64,000 nucleotides of DNA from Alphaproteobacteria bacterium RIFCSPLOWO2_01_FULL_40_26 (GTDB taxonomy: Bacteria > Pseudomonadota > Alphaproteobacteria > Rickettsiales > UBA1997). The position numbers and the translations under genes were made by a program. The stretch lies in assembly GCA_001767955.1 (NCBI GenBank), contig MEMO01000017.1, positions 22,090-86,089 on the forward strand, in the 5' to 3' direction. Under the pieces are notes generated by a model. It saw only the letters and a program-made list of their open reading frames with translations. It made no database searches and was not told the DNA's origin. Below, piece after piece: positions 16,863-27,057 of the stretch; position 1 is the first letter of the stretch; every line of letters starts with the position of its first letter.

Positions 16863-18617
16863 ATGCACGACATTTCCTACTTACACGACATCCTAATCCT
16901 TCTATTTGCCTCCGTCGCCATTGTCATTATCTTCAAACAAATGGGTTTGAGTCCGGCACTTGGTTATCTCGTGGCTGGCGCGGCAATTGGTCCTTTCGGA
17001 TTCGGCGTTTTAACCAGCACTGAAACCACAAAATCTCTTGCCGAGCTTGGGATAGTTTTTTTGCTCTTTGCTATCGGACTTGAGCTTACCATCGACAAAC
17101 TACTTGCTATGCGCAAATATGTTTTGGGATTTGGCGGTATGCAAATCATCACAACCGCTTCGTTTATTTCCTTCATCTGTTATCGTTTCATCCATCTTTC
17201 CGCCGAAACTTCGATAATAATCGGCAGCGCGCTTGCAATGTCTTCAACGGCAATCGTCATGCAGGTGATTTCTGAACATGGCGAGCAATCAACGCGCGTC
17301 GGACGTTTGGCCTTTTCAGTGTTACTGATGCAGGATCTGGCAGTAATTCCGATTTTTGTTCTTCTGCCTCTTCTTTCAAAAGTTCATCTCAATATCGCAA
17401 GCGCACTTGGCGGGGCATTGCTTAATGCCGCGATAGCAATGGCAATAATTTTTGCCATTGGACGCTTGCTGCTACGCCCACTCTACCGCATGATTGCTGA
17501 ATCACAAAGCGATGTCCTGTTTTTAAGCTTCACTTTAATCGTCGTTCTCGGCGCGGCTTTTTTTAGCGATTATTTTGGATTATCCTATGCGCTTGGCGCT
17601 TTCATCGCCGGCCTAATGGTTGCTGAAACCGAATATAAATACCGCGTTGAAGATGAAATTCTCTCGCTGAAATCTCTATTTTTGGGACTGTTTTTTATGA
17701 CAATTGGCATGTCGTTTGATTTCGATTTGCTGCTTAAAAGCCTGCCATACATCATTTTGGCTTCACTGGCGCTGATCGCGACCAAATCCTCAATCATCAT
17801 CATTTTGTGTCGGATTTTCCGCTTTCCTTTGGCGCCGGCAATTCACACTGGATTACTGCTTTCACAAGGTGGCGAATTTGCCTTTGTGGTATTTTTGATG
17901 GCAGTGCATCAAAAGCTGATTCCACTCGATCTATCACAATTTCTGATGACCGTCACAACTTTCACCATGGCGCTCACACCTTTGCTTGCAACATTGGGAC
18001 GTAAGCTCAAAGCACAACTCTACACCAAAGAAATTTTGCGCGATAACAAGCTGAAAAGAGAAATCGGCGATATTGAAAAACATATCATCGTAATCGGATT
18101 TTCTAAAACTGGCCGCATCGTCTCACACATTTTACGCAAACGCGGAATTAGCTACATCGTGCTCGAAAATAATCACCGCATCGTGCGCATCGAAAAAAAT
18201 AACGGCTATAACATCTATTATGGCGATTCCATGAATATCGACATTCTGCGCTATATCGGCATTGAGCGCTGCGAATCGGTGGTAGTTGCAATGGAAGATG
18301 AAATCGCCTGCATGAAAATCACTCGCTTCATCCATGAAAATTTTCCGCATATCGCGGTGATCACCAAATCGGAAACTATCAACAATGCCGACCGTTTCAA
18401 AAAAGTTGGCGCCAGCTATGTGGTTTCCAAAAATCTCGAAACCGGCCTGCAATTAAGCCATGCTGCTCTGGCTTCAATTGGCACTAGCAGCTTGGAAATC
18501 AACAACGCTTTAAACGCTTTTCGAGAAATTAATTCAGAGGTAGTAAAGGATATTGTGATGTTTGATGAAAATGCTGGCAGCGGAGAAATTTTTGAAAAGA
18601 AAGAAAGACCAAGTTGA
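16863..18617 (+). CDS. CPA2-family monovalent cation:proton antiporter with a C-terminal RCK/TrkA-N domain (KefB/KefC-like)
   Basis: Start is at the internal Met (MHDISYLHDILILLF..). About 12 TM segments are followed by VIGFSKTGRIVSHILRKRG, a Rossmann-like RCK domain. The upstream ORF extension is repeat read-through. Confidence 0.88.
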   Translation: MHDISYLHDILILLFASVAIVIIFKQMGLSPALGYLVAGAAIGPFGFGVLTSTETTKSLAELGIVFLLFAIGLELTIDKLLAMRKYVLGFGGMQIITTASFISFICYRFIHLSAETSIIIGSALAMSSTAIVMQVISEHGEQSTRVGRLAFSVLLMQDLAVIPIFVLLPLLSKVHLNIASALGGALLNAAIAMAIIFAIGRLLLRPLYRMIAESQSDVLFLSFTLIVVLGAAFFSDYFGLSYALGAFIAGLMVAETEYKYRVEDEILSLKSLFLGLFFMTIGMSFDFDLLLKSLPYIILASLALIATKSSIIIILCRIFRFPLAPAIHTGLLLSQGGEFAFVVFLMAVHQKLIPLDLSQFLMTVTTFTMALTPLLATLGRKLKAQLYTKEILRDNKLKREIGDIEKHIIVIGFSKTGRIVSHILRKRGISYIVLENNHRIVRIEKNNGYNIYYGDSMNIDILRYIGIERCESVVVAMEDEIACMKITRFIHENFPHIAVITKSETINNADRFKKVGASYVVSKNLETGLQLSHAALASIGTSSLEINNALNAFREINSEVVKDIVMFDENAGSGEIFEKKERPS

Positions 18618-18666
18618 CTTTTTTTCAACATTGAATTTGATTGCACCCCTTTTTTTCATAGGTTTA

Positions 18667-18815
18667 AGAACCTGTTCAAAATCTCGCTGCGATGAGCCAG
18701 AAATGGCGGATTCACGAGCATCGCACCGCAGCGTATCACAGACATACGTGAGGAGCGAAGCGCAGGGAATTCGCCATTTCTGGCTCATCGCAGGTAGAGA
18801 TTTTGAGCAGGTTCT
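18667..18815. repeat. B-family palindromic (MITE-like) element, about 149 bp
   Basis: Termini are agaacctgttcaaaatctc and gagattttgagcaggttct. Inner inverted arms are gctgcgatgagccagaaatggcg and cgccatttctggctcatcgcag. Confidence 0.8.
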
Positions 18816-18913
18816 AAGGCTTTCATTTAGTTGGTGCGACACGCGTTGCTCCTAAAATTAAGTGCCATAGCTTTTAGATCTCATGCCAAAAACGGCCGTT
18901 TAGGCCGTTTTCT

Positions 18914-18991
18914 CGGGGCGTAGCGCAGTCTGGCTAGCGCATCTGGTTTGGGACCAGAGGGTCGGGAGTTCAAATCTCTCCGCCCCGACCA
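18914..18991 (+). tRNA. tRNA-Pro (anticodon UGG), CCA encoded
   Basis: Manual cloverleaf fold: acceptor cggggcg/cgccccg, D stem gcgc/gcgc, anticodon stem tctgg/ccaga with loop tt-tgg-ga, T arm gggag-ttcaaat-ctctc, discriminator a, then cca. Confidence 0.93.
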
Positions 18992-19010
18992 AAGGAACCT
19001 CCAAAAAACC

Positions 19011-19283
19011 ATGAAAGAAATATTCTTCTGCGCAACTCTGATCCTTCTCAAATCAATTTCGGCAATGGCTTGGAGCGGTTATGATTATGACAACAAAACT
19101 GAAGTTGATATCGGACCGGGAAATCTGGTGCGCGAAGGTCTGATGATCCAATTTTACGATAACAAAGACGACAATTATCACACCGCCAAAGTGCTGTTCA
19201 TGCAATCAGCTGCCGGCGGCACAGAAATTCAACTGCACGATCTCGACACCAACAAAGATCGCACTTTCATTATGTATGATTGA
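19011..19283 (+). CDS. small secreted protein of unknown function
   Basis: 90 aa from the internal Met. The signal peptide is MKEIFFCATLILLKSISAMA|WSG. It starts 19 nt after tRNA-Pro. The ORF-track start at 18948 lies inside the tRNA. Confidence 0.6.
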   Translation: MKEIFFCATLILLKSISAMAWSGYDYDNKTEVDIGPGNLVREGLMIQFYDNKDDNYHTAKVLFMQSAAGGTEIQLHDLDTNKDRTFIMYD

Positions 19284-19300
19284 AATTAAAAACCACACAT

Positions 19301-19466
19301 CTAGAGCCTGTTTTCAAACCCAGCGCGTTTCGATTTTGCCCAAATTTTGTGCGACTTTTTGGCAAAATTTTGCCGCTGTATCTGGCATACTGCAAAAAAT
19401 TTTGCCAAAAAACGAGCCAAAATTTGGGCAAAATCGAAACGCGCTGGGTTTGAAAACAGGCTCTAG
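19301..19466. mobile_element. A-family MITE-like palindromic element, 166 bp
   Basis: Termini are ctagagcctgttttcaaacccagcgcgtttcgattttgcccaaatttt and its inverted complement ending ..caggctctag. The core gcgactttttggcaaaattttgccgctgtatc is the reverse complement of the core in 13480-13712. Confidence 0.88.
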
Positions 19467-20538
19467 TTAGTCCATCCTGAAATACCTCCTAACCCCACAT
19501 TCCACTTGCCTCCACAAGACTTTTTAACTATCTTTTTTTACCAGAAATCGAGTGGTCGCCCCTCATTTTCTGGCAAATAAATTCAGTAAAAATTAACAGA
19601 AATTCATGCAGCCGACTAAAATCGATAATCGTCAGGAAGATATTTTTAGGGGAAGATTGAGCAACGAGCTCAACCCCAAACATGAGATGATGATTTTATC
19701 CCGCCTGATTCCGTGGGATAGTTTGGAGTCTGAATTTTCTGATCTTTACCAATCGAATGGAAGTGTCGGCGGTCAGCCTCCAAAGCCAATCCGCTTGATG
19801 ATTGGAATTCTTTTGTTGCAACATCTGCACAATCTTTCTGATGAACAAGTTGTGTGTGGCTGGGTAGAAAATCCTTACTGGCAATTCTTCTGTGGCTACG
19901 ACTTTCTGCAATGGAACTTCCCAATTGACCCATCTTCTCTCACTCGCTTCAGAAATAGGATTGGAGCCAATCGCATGGAAAAAATCCTTTCCCTAACTGT
20001 TTCTGTAGCCGTTGAATCAAAAGCAGTAAAAGTGAAAGATTTAAAAAAGGTGAATGTCGACACCACCGTGATGCCAAAGAACATCAAGTTCCCCACCGAC
20101 TCAAAGCTTTACGACAAAGCTCGAAAAAGATTGGTCAAGCTTGCCTCCAAATACGAAATTGAACTCAGACAAAACTACAACCTCGTCGCCAAAACTCTTC
20201 TGCGTAAAATCTCAGGATATCTTCACGCTAAACAAATGAAGCGCACAAGGAAGGCGATCAAGCATTTGAGGACTATTGTTGGAAGAGTGGAAGCAAGAAG
20301 GGAAGCTGGGCCTCTGTAGGCTTAAAGGGATTATTGGTGATCAGATCAATGCCATCCTAACCGCAGCAGGACACAATCTCCAGCTGATCCTAAATCACAT
20401 CAGGAAGTTGCTGAAACTTGGAAAACTAAAGAATTTTTTAATCCAAATTTTACTTCGACTGCTGGAGATTTTTCTGCCAAAAACTTATCGGTTTGGGAAT
20501 TGTTGAGAGTGGGAAGTGGGTTCTTCAGGGGGGACTAA
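19467..20538 (+). mobile_element. decayed IS5-superfamily insertion sequence (internally deleted)
   Basis: Imperfect terminal inverted repeats are ttagtccatcctgaa (19467-19481) and ttcaggggggactaa (20524-20538), matching 13 of 15. It encloses the transposase fragments. A second right-end-like fragment lies at 20588-20606. Confidence 0.7.
19606..20506 (+). pseudogene. IS5-family transposase, disrupted with most of the DDE domain missing
   Basis: ORF 19606..20319 carries the N-terminal transposase domain (PPKPIRLMIGILLLQHLHNLSDEQ, NPYWQFFCG). ORF 20276..20506, in another frame, carries only the extreme C-terminal motif (GDQINAILTAAGHNLQLIL). Confidence 0.7.
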
Positions 20539-20635
20539 TTATGCCCAAGATTCTATCGATTTGAAAAAAATGCTGAAAGCGAAAAATTGGTTCTTCAGTG
20601 GGGGCTTCTTAATCGAGAAAAACTGGAAACTATAT

Positions 20636-22513
20636 TTATCTAACAATTCCGCGAATTGAGTTGCGAATCTTTAAAATAAATTTTCTAACACACATTAGTG
20701 GCTTAAAGACGGACATCTTTTTCATTATTTTGTAAATATCATTTTTGGTTACTTTGAGATCATATTCAAGAATATTGGGAATATCGCGATTTAGCAGAAT
20801 TACGTCGCAAAACAAGGATAGATCATTGTAATTGACCAACTTTTTTGAAGTGAGTTTTGTCACGAGAGGAGTCTCGGCAGAAGTCGTTCTTTTTGTATTT
20901 TTTTTCTTCTTAAAAAATGCCAAAATTACCACAGTAAAATGATTGAGACTCAAACTATTAAGAATAAAAAATGGCGGGAGATCTCTTAGTAAGAATGGCT
21001 TACATAAAATAGCGCCTCCCTTTTTGATCAAAAGCTCGTCATCAATAAGTATAGCATCAGAAGTTTCGCCACTACCGAGCAATCTTGCCGCCAAAAAATC
21101 TGCCACTTCAACTTCACCATCATCCTCAAGAACCCTCACTAGCGAAGTTAAGTGATCGTAAAACATCAGGGAATTTTTGGTAAAAACCATGTAACGCTCA
21201 TTCTCGCCGCTTGGCAATTGATTTCGCGCCGATTGCAACATTTGACCAAATTGAGTTTCATCACTCACATTATCACTTTTTAACAGGTGATAATTTATGC
21301 CTTCTTTTTCAAGAGAAGAGTAATCGAAATCGCTGAAAATGCTGAGAATAAATAGAGATTTATTGCCGTATGATTGCGCCTTAAATGACCTTATCAGAGT
21401 GCTTAAATCATCTTCTCTGCGATTGAGAAAATAGATCATGTTTACGCGCATTTTCTCAGATCGCGCAAAATACATTTCTTCGATCTCTTTTCTTCTGACG
21501 AAATGTTGCTCGTATAATTTCTTTAGCTGAACCGCTAGATCAAATTTCTCCTTCATCAAATTTTGTAAATCTTCCACCATAGTTTTCACCGCTGGCTTGT
21601 TATTCAATGCCCATTCGTGATGTTGAAGAATTGAAGAGGCTTTTTCTTCGGGAGTTTTTCCATCGATATACAAAACTCTGTCGCCGAAATTCTTTTTGAT
21701 AAAACTATTGTTGTCACAAAGCGGTAAAGCGCCACCGGCGATGATTTCAAAAATACGAGAAGTGGCAATTTCTGTTTCTAAGTGTGCTGAATGACTGATT
21801 GCAAGACCTAACAAAGATTGTGAAATAGTCTTGAATAGTGATGTTCCATCAAAGGCTATTTCGCCTTGATAACTTGCAAAATTTTTCCATGGCTCAGACT
21901 TTCCTAGTTTTTTAGGGCCGTAAATTTTTAGCACCGATTTCTTGTCAAGAATTGTGAAAACGTCATGAAATCTTTGTTGTGGATTTGCATTATTTTTGTC
22001 CCAGCCAATTCCGCAATAAAACACACCAGATCTGCCATCGTAAAAATCAAAATATGGACCGGAATTGGTGTGATTTAATCTAATCTGCGGAAATAGATGC
22101 TGATAGCCTTGGCAAAAGCTGTATCTGTAAAAACACTCGTCAGCAAAACTTGAGCCACAAGAAATTGAATCATGGTTTGAGGCCATGCTGGCGGCGTATC
22201 TTTCATAATTCCAATCGTGAAGAAACTTTAGAGGATTCCACAATAACAGATAGGAGAAGCCGTCATATACGCGTGGTGATGTGAAATGCAGGTTGATGAC
22301 AAAATCAACATCGTCGTTTGTGATAATTCGATCCGAAGCATGAATGTCATTTTCAAGATCGATCACCTCGCCTTTTCGATTGATGACCAACACATTTTTA
22401 TTAAGAGATTTCGCTGCGCTGGAAATTCTTTTTATGGTTTCGTTCTCTGCAGCTTTGGCGTGAGGCCAATCGCATAAAAGTGCGAAACAATTTTTTGATG
22501 AGCTGCTTAACAT
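20636..22513 (-). CDS. large uncharacterised protein with a possible CgeB/GT-B-like glycosyltransferase N-terminal half
   Basis: 625 aa. SRIFEIIAGGALPLCDNN resembles the C-terminal GT-B (CgeB-type) motif. The second half (MIYFLNRREDDLSTLIRSFKAQSY) is weakly GT-A-like. It is the last gene of the glycan locus. Confidence 0.4.
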   Translation of the reverse strand: MLSSSSKNCFALLCDWPHAKAAENETIKRISSAAKSLNKNVLVINRKGEVIDLENDIHASDRIITNDDVDFVINLHFTSPRVYDGFSYLLLWNPLKFLHDWNYERYAASMASNHDSISCGSSFADECFYRYSFCQGYQHLFPQIRLNHTNSGPYFDFYDGRSGVFYCGIGWDKNNANPQQRFHDVFTILDKKSVLKIYGPKKLGKSEPWKNFASYQGEIAFDGTSLFKTISQSLLGLAISHSAHLETEIATSRIFEIIAGGALPLCDNNSFIKKNFGDRVLYIDGKTPEEKASSILQHHEWALNNKPAVKTMVEDLQNLMKEKFDLAVQLKKLYEQHFVRRKEIEEMYFARSEKMRVNMIYFLNRREDDLSTLIRSFKAQSYGNKSLFILSIFSDFDYSSLEKEGINYHLLKSDNVSDETQFGQMLQSARNQLPSGENERYMVFTKNSLMFYDHLTSLVRVLEDDGEVEVADFLAARLLGSGETSDAILIDDELLIKKGGAILCKPFLLRDLPPFFILNSLSLNHFTVVILAFFKKKKNTKRTTSAETPLVTKLTSKKLVNYNDLSLFCDVILLNRDIPNILEYDLKVTKNDIYKIMKKMSVFKPLMCVRKFILKIRNSIRGIVR

Positions 22514-24816
22514 GATTTATCTCTTCTCCTTAATAAAATTATGACGGCGCTAATGACGAAAATTGAGTAAGTCGCAAAGAAGTAATAAAGCGCGCCGTTC
22601 TTATATTTGATCTTTATCTCATGTGATCCGGCGTCGAGATTAATCCTCATCAAACCCTCGTCACTTAGCTCATATTTCACCGGCTTATTATCGACGTAAA
22701 AACGGATTCTTTCATTCGGCCAAAACAGGTAACTGATTGAAATTTTATTATTGGAGCTAGTCGAGAATTGAATCTTATTGGCGCCATTAGTTTTGAAGTT
22801 TTTGACATCAACATCCTCGCCATCGGACAAAATTTTAATGTAGCCGTTATTGTATTTTTCTTCCACCGAATTCGCGATCTTGAGGGGCGCTACAACAATA
22901 TTATCCTTTAGCGCTAAAATCTTTTTTGGATTTGAGTTATCGATATATTTCAAAAGCTCTGAATCGTTGTAGGGACTGGCCTTGTCGTAGATAATAAAAT
23001 CAGCGCCGGTTGCTTTGAGGAAATTAATATCTGGATAAAAAGCCCAAGCTCCCGGGGTTGGATTCCGCAACTTCACAATATCTCTGTAGCTCAAAATTGT
23101 AGCGATGTGAGCCTCGTAACCAAGGTAAGAAGATATCTTGTTTTCAGAGTCACTATTTGAGTTGTAAATCCAAGGATAGTTCTTCGATGTGTAGGAGGTA
23201 AATTCTGGAACAATATCAATATATCTGCTTAGAGCTTTGGTCGAATTGGACTCGAAATAATTTCTTAACTTAACTTCGTTTGCATGATCAAGAATGACAT
23301 TACCAGCTCTAGACGATAACAATATTTGCTGATCTCTGGAATAGTTATACATGTCGTTCAGCGGAACAAAAAATATCACGATTATCGCCAAAACTTGAGC
23401 TGTTTTTCCGCTGAAAAAACACAAAGAAAATAAAAAAATCAGAACCGCGATAAATTCAAAAACAAGGCTTCCGCTTAAAGCAAGTAATCCTGATTGATTT
23501 GCGCAGAGAGCTACAGCCAAGAGAGTCACGTAAATTGCTAAAACTTTCTTAACGCTACTCAAACCATCAATATCTTTAGTGAAATATTGCAACATCGCAC
23601 CTACAGCAATCATCACAAAAATATTGGTGAGCATCAGATATCTTTGATAAATGTGCATCCCGCCGATCGGCCTTAACAGGTAATAAAATAGGTCACTTAG
23701 AGCGGTAGAATTTCCAAATGTAATTAGGACGCTGATAAGAAAAATAATTAGCGAGATGCCAAATGTTTTGAAAGAATACTCCGAGTTAAATTTTTCTTTT
23801 TTCAAATTTATGAAAAACACCAATGCGATAGTTATTGATAGAATGCCGAGTATCAAAGTTGATTCATAAACCGGCGCATCTTTTAGGTGAATATTGTGAG
23901 AAATTGCTCGCAATAAAAAGAGCGGAGAATCTGCTAAAGCATGAGCAGAGCCATTTAAACCAAAGTCTCCCGCCGGATTGGTAAGAATAAAAAATTTGTG
24001 AACAGCTAGGTAAAAAGGCAGAACAATAAGAGTGGCAAGGAATGCCGGTGATAGCGCTGTAAATATTTTTCTTATCGCAACATCGTAGCTAAAATATGAG
24101 TAGTGATAAGATGTTACAAAAATACCAATCAATATAAGCGTAGCCATCGACAGAGTCACATATCCGCTGGTGTAAATTAGTATGAATGTCGCTGCAGATA
24201 GTATGAAATTTTTACGAGAAAATTTTTCTCCAAGAGATAGAGCGCAATAAATTCCGACTGGCAAAAGCCAAACATAAAAAGGGAACGTAAAAAACGTTAA
24301 AGCCCTTACCACATATATGGAAAAGCTGTAACCAACCGCGACAAAGACGGCAGTTGTGTAGTTAAACTTAAAAAATCTTACGCAGAGCTTTTGCAGAAAA
24401 TAGCAGGACAAAAAGGCGTGGATGTAAAACATGATCACCATGATGAAGATCGTATTTTCCGGCGTTAAATACTTCATCGGAATCGCCGCGCAGAGGATTA
24501 TAAATGGATTATAAATAATCAGATTTGGCCTGAGAAAAAACTCGGAAGATCCGCCCCAAGTATAAAAATCTACACCAAAAAAATTCAGACTCTTGAACTG
24601 AGATATCACATTTATCAACTGCGGAACCCACAATATCACATTATCGCCAATCAAGGCAAATCTCGCGTCCGCACCTTCTTTGCGCAAAGACTCTAAGAAA
24701 AATAAAGTGGTAAAGATTGCAGAAACTACGAGCATCTTATGCTTACAAAATAGAACGAAGCCATGCCTGATTATTTTATCCAACGAAGCCTCAAGTCTTT
24801 GATAGTAAACTGTCAT
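22507..24816 (-). CDS. polytopic membrane protein, YfhO/GT-C-like putative extracytoplasmic glycosyltransferase
   Basis: 769 aa. About 13 or more TM segments are followed by a roughly 270-aa soluble C-terminal domain and a final TM. The first loop GDNVILWVPQLINVISQFKSLNFFGVDFYTWGGSSEF resembles YfhO-type loops. Confidence 0.5.
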   Translation of the reverse strand: MTVYYQRLEASLDKIIRHGFVLFCKHKMLVVSAIFTTLFFLESLRKEGADARFALIGDNVILWVPQLINVISQFKSLNFFGVDFYTWGGSSEFFLRPNLIIYNPFIILCAAIPMKYLTPENTIFIMVIMFYIHAFLSCYFLQKLCVRFFKFNYTTAVFVAVGYSFSIYVVRALTFFTFPFYVWLLPVGIYCALSLGEKFSRKNFILSAATFILIYTSGYVTLSMATLILIGIFVTSYHYSYFSYDVAIRKIFTALSPAFLATLIVLPFYLAVHKFFILTNPAGDFGLNGSAHALADSPLFLLRAISHNIHLKDAPVYESTLILGILSITIALVFFINLKKEKFNSEYSFKTFGISLIIFLISVLITFGNSTALSDLFYYLLRPIGGMHIYQRYLMLTNIFVMIAVGAMLQYFTKDIDGLSSVKKVLAIYVTLLAVALCANQSGLLALSGSLVFEFIAVLIFLFSLCFFSGKTAQVLAIIVIFFVPLNDMYNYSRDQQILLSSRAGNVILDHANEVKLRNYFESNSTKALSRYIDIVPEFTSYTSKNYPWIYNSNSDSENKISSYLGYEAHIATILSYRDIVKLRNPTPGAWAFYPDINFLKATGADFIIYDKASPYNDSELLKYIDNSNPKKILALKDNIVVAPLKIANSVEEKYNNGYIKILSDGEDVDVKNFKTNGANKIQFSTSSNNKISISYLFWPNERIRFYVDNKPVKYELSDEGLMRINLDAGSHEIKIKYKNGALYYFFATYSIFVISAVIILLRRRDKSC

Positions 24817-25773
24817 TTATTTTATTAATTTTTTTGCAACGAACTGAAATCCAGCGCTTGGATCATCTGAATAATTATGCAGATCTTCATACCTGCCCCC
24901 AACACCACGATAAAAATCATTGAAAGAAAATAGGTGTCCGTCTTCAACAATCTGTAAATTCTCCTCTCTAAAAAGATTCGACCACCACTCCTTACTCTTC
25001 AGCGTGACGTGATAAATCACGCCAGTCTTGGGATTGGAATATTCCAACAAAGAACATGTGCCGATAAAATAGCCGTCATCAGTCAGATGATCCTGAATGT
25101 TTTTTAACATCTGATTCAATCCGGACTCCGGTATGTGCTCGAGAACTTCCCATGAAGTTATTAGATCAAACTTCTTTTGCTTTTCTGAGGAATCAACGAA
25201 GGAAAATTTTTTGGTTACGTCGCAGGTAAAAAAATTCTTGGGCAAATTACGCCAGTAATTGTTGTTAGCTCTTAAACAAGTATCCGATCCATCTATCCCA
25301 ATAGATAAAACTCCCTCTATGGCAAAATCAAAAACCAGAGCCCCTGCTCCACATCCGATATCCAAAAAGGACATATTATCTCCGAATATCTCCTTTGCTT
25401 TTTTGACTAATCTTGGATATCTAACCAATCCCTCTAATGTTGATTCTGGAAAAATATGATCACTGCTTTCAACGGCAATTCTATGATCAGTGATGAGTTT
25501 TATCTCACGATTATGGAGTAAAATATTCGATCCATTTGATTCGAGAATTCTTATGACATCTCCGTAAAGAATTGCATTACCACTAAAAATTTCAGCCAAG
25601 ACTAATTTGCTGTTAATGATGTTCCACTCCACGTGCCTGAGAATTCCTTCAAGTCTTTCCACACTCTGATTTGCGGTATCAATACGCTTTAGTAGATCGC
25701 GATTAGTTATGACTCCCGACTTCTTTAAAAGTTTTCTGAAAATGTCCTTAAGCCAATCGTGAAGAGCCTTCAT
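24817..25773 (-). CDS. class I SAM-dependent methyltransferase
   Basis: 318 aa with motif I FLDIGCGAGALVFD and post-I/II motifs (FDLITSWEVLEHI). Confidence 0.8.
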   Translation of the reverse strand: MKALHDWLKDIFRKLLKKSGVITNRDLLKRIDTANQSVERLEGILRHVEWNIINSKLVLAEIFSGNAILYGDVIRILESNGSNILLHNREIKLITDHRIAVESSDHIFPESTLEGLVRYPRLVKKAKEIFGDNMSFLDIGCGAGALVFDFAIEGVLSIGIDGSDTCLRANNNYWRNLPKNFFTCDVTKKFSFVDSSEKQKKFDLITSWEVLEHIPESGLNQMLKNIQDHLTDDGYFIGTCSLLEYSNPKTGVIYHVTLKSKEWWSNLFREENLQIVEDGHLFSFNDFYRGVGGRYEDLHNYSDDPSAGFQFVAKKLIK

Positions 25774-25787
25774 AGGTTTTGATTAAA

Positions 25788-26678
25788 TTATATTTTTGGC
25801 TCGATCTTCTCGAGAGCTAAGATTTTTTTTAGTTTAGAATTATCTAACAGCGTTACCAAAGGCCTCTTGGCGATAGAAACCCAATTGGATTCTTTGGCTA
25901 AAATTGATTTGATATTTTCAGCGCCAAATCCGTGCCTATTGGCAACTCGCAGAATTATATTATGCTTAGAATATCCGATGTCAGCACAAATATTCACCGT
26001 GCCAAAATTATCGCCGCGCTCAATGAGCTGTAGTGCGTAAAGAGAGGCGGAATTAAAATCTAAAGAACTGCGACAAGAATCAGAGAAGGCTTCCACTTTT
26101 TTACCACTCGCAAAATCATCGACTATCATGTCGTAAAAATGCTTTTTATTGGCGAGACTTGGGCCGATTAAGAACGGATAATGAATCACGCTATAACCAC
26201 GAGATAAAACTATTTTCTCAGCTAAGGATTTTTGTTTGCCATATTCGTTAAATGGTACGTGATCATCAGTCTCTTTGAATCGATATCCGTCAAAACTCTC
26301 GCCGTAAACAGAGTCAGTTGATGAGTAATAAAATGTACGAATTGAGGGAATTTTATTAATGATATTGCCCAAGGCGACGATGTTAATTCCCCAAGCAAAT
26401 TGCGGATCTTTTTCCACATTATCTGGATGGTGATAAGCCGCCAAGTAAATGACGTCGAGCTTGGTGTTAAGCTTCGATAATTGATCACAGAATGAATCAA
26501 CTTCAGCAAAATCAGAAATGTCAAGATCGAGCCATTTAACCCTCTCGTGCGAGATTGAAGCTGATGAATTTTTGGTCTTAGTCGCGATTATGTTTAGCTC
26601 AGTAGTCTCTAAAATATTCTTTAGAAAATAAGACCCGATATAGCCTGATGCGCCTATTATTAAAAAAGTTCTACTCAT
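25788..26678 (-). CDS. NAD-dependent epimerase/dehydratase family protein (sugar-nucleotide reductase/epimerase)
   Basis: Start is at the internal Met (MSRTFLIIGASGYIGSYF), giving an 8-nt overlap with the cupin gene. It has a YGKQK (YxxxK) motif. Confidence 0.75.
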   Translation of the reverse strand: MSRTFLIIGASGYIGSYFLKNILETTELNIIATKTKNSSASISHERVKWLDLDISDFAEVDSFCDQLSKLNTKLDVIYLAAYHHPDNVEKDPQFAWGINIVALGNIINKIPSIRTFYYSSTDSVYGESFDGYRFKETDDHVPFNEYGKQKSLAEKIVLSRGYSVIHYPFLIGPSLANKKHFYDMIVDDFASGKKVEAFSDSCRSSLDFNSASLYALQLIERGDNFGTVNICADIGYSKHNIILRVANRHGFGAENIKSILAKESNWVSIAKRPLVTLLDNSKLKKILALEKIEPKI

Positions 26679-27054
26679 CTCGATAAATATCTTTTTTGCC
26701 GATTGGTTTTTCTTCCACTCCCAGATCATACATTGAGATCAAGGAAGCTTCTTCCAGATACTCGAAAGAATGTGAGACATTTTTTTCAATTACAAACATG
26801 TCTTCAGCCTTTATTAAGAAGGACTCAACGCGATCATATTTTTTTAGCACTAAATTAAATTTTCCAGAAATCACAAAAAACATCTCGCGATTATTTTTGT
26901 GATAATGCCCACCACGAATACTTCCAGGAAATGAGTTGATAAAATTAATCTGACTCCAACCGCTACTAACAAGCTGCCTTATCTTTCCCATCTGATTTTC
27001 AAAAACAAATTCTGGCTCCAGAAATTTTATCATTCCTTCGATATTTCTTTTCAT
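26671..27054 (-). CDS. WxcM/FdtA-like cupin (sugar-nucleotide keto-isomerase/epimerase-like)
   Basis: 127 aa with IRGGHYHKNNREMFFVISGKFNL, a cupin motif. Confidence 0.65.
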   Translation of the reverse strand: MKRNIEGMIKFLEPEFVFENQMGKIRQLVSSGWSQINFINSFPGSIRGGHYHKNNREMFFVISGKFNLVLKKYDRVESFLIKAEDMFVIEKNVSHSFEYLEEASLISMYDLGVEEKPIGKKDIYRDE

Positions 27055-27057
27055 GAG

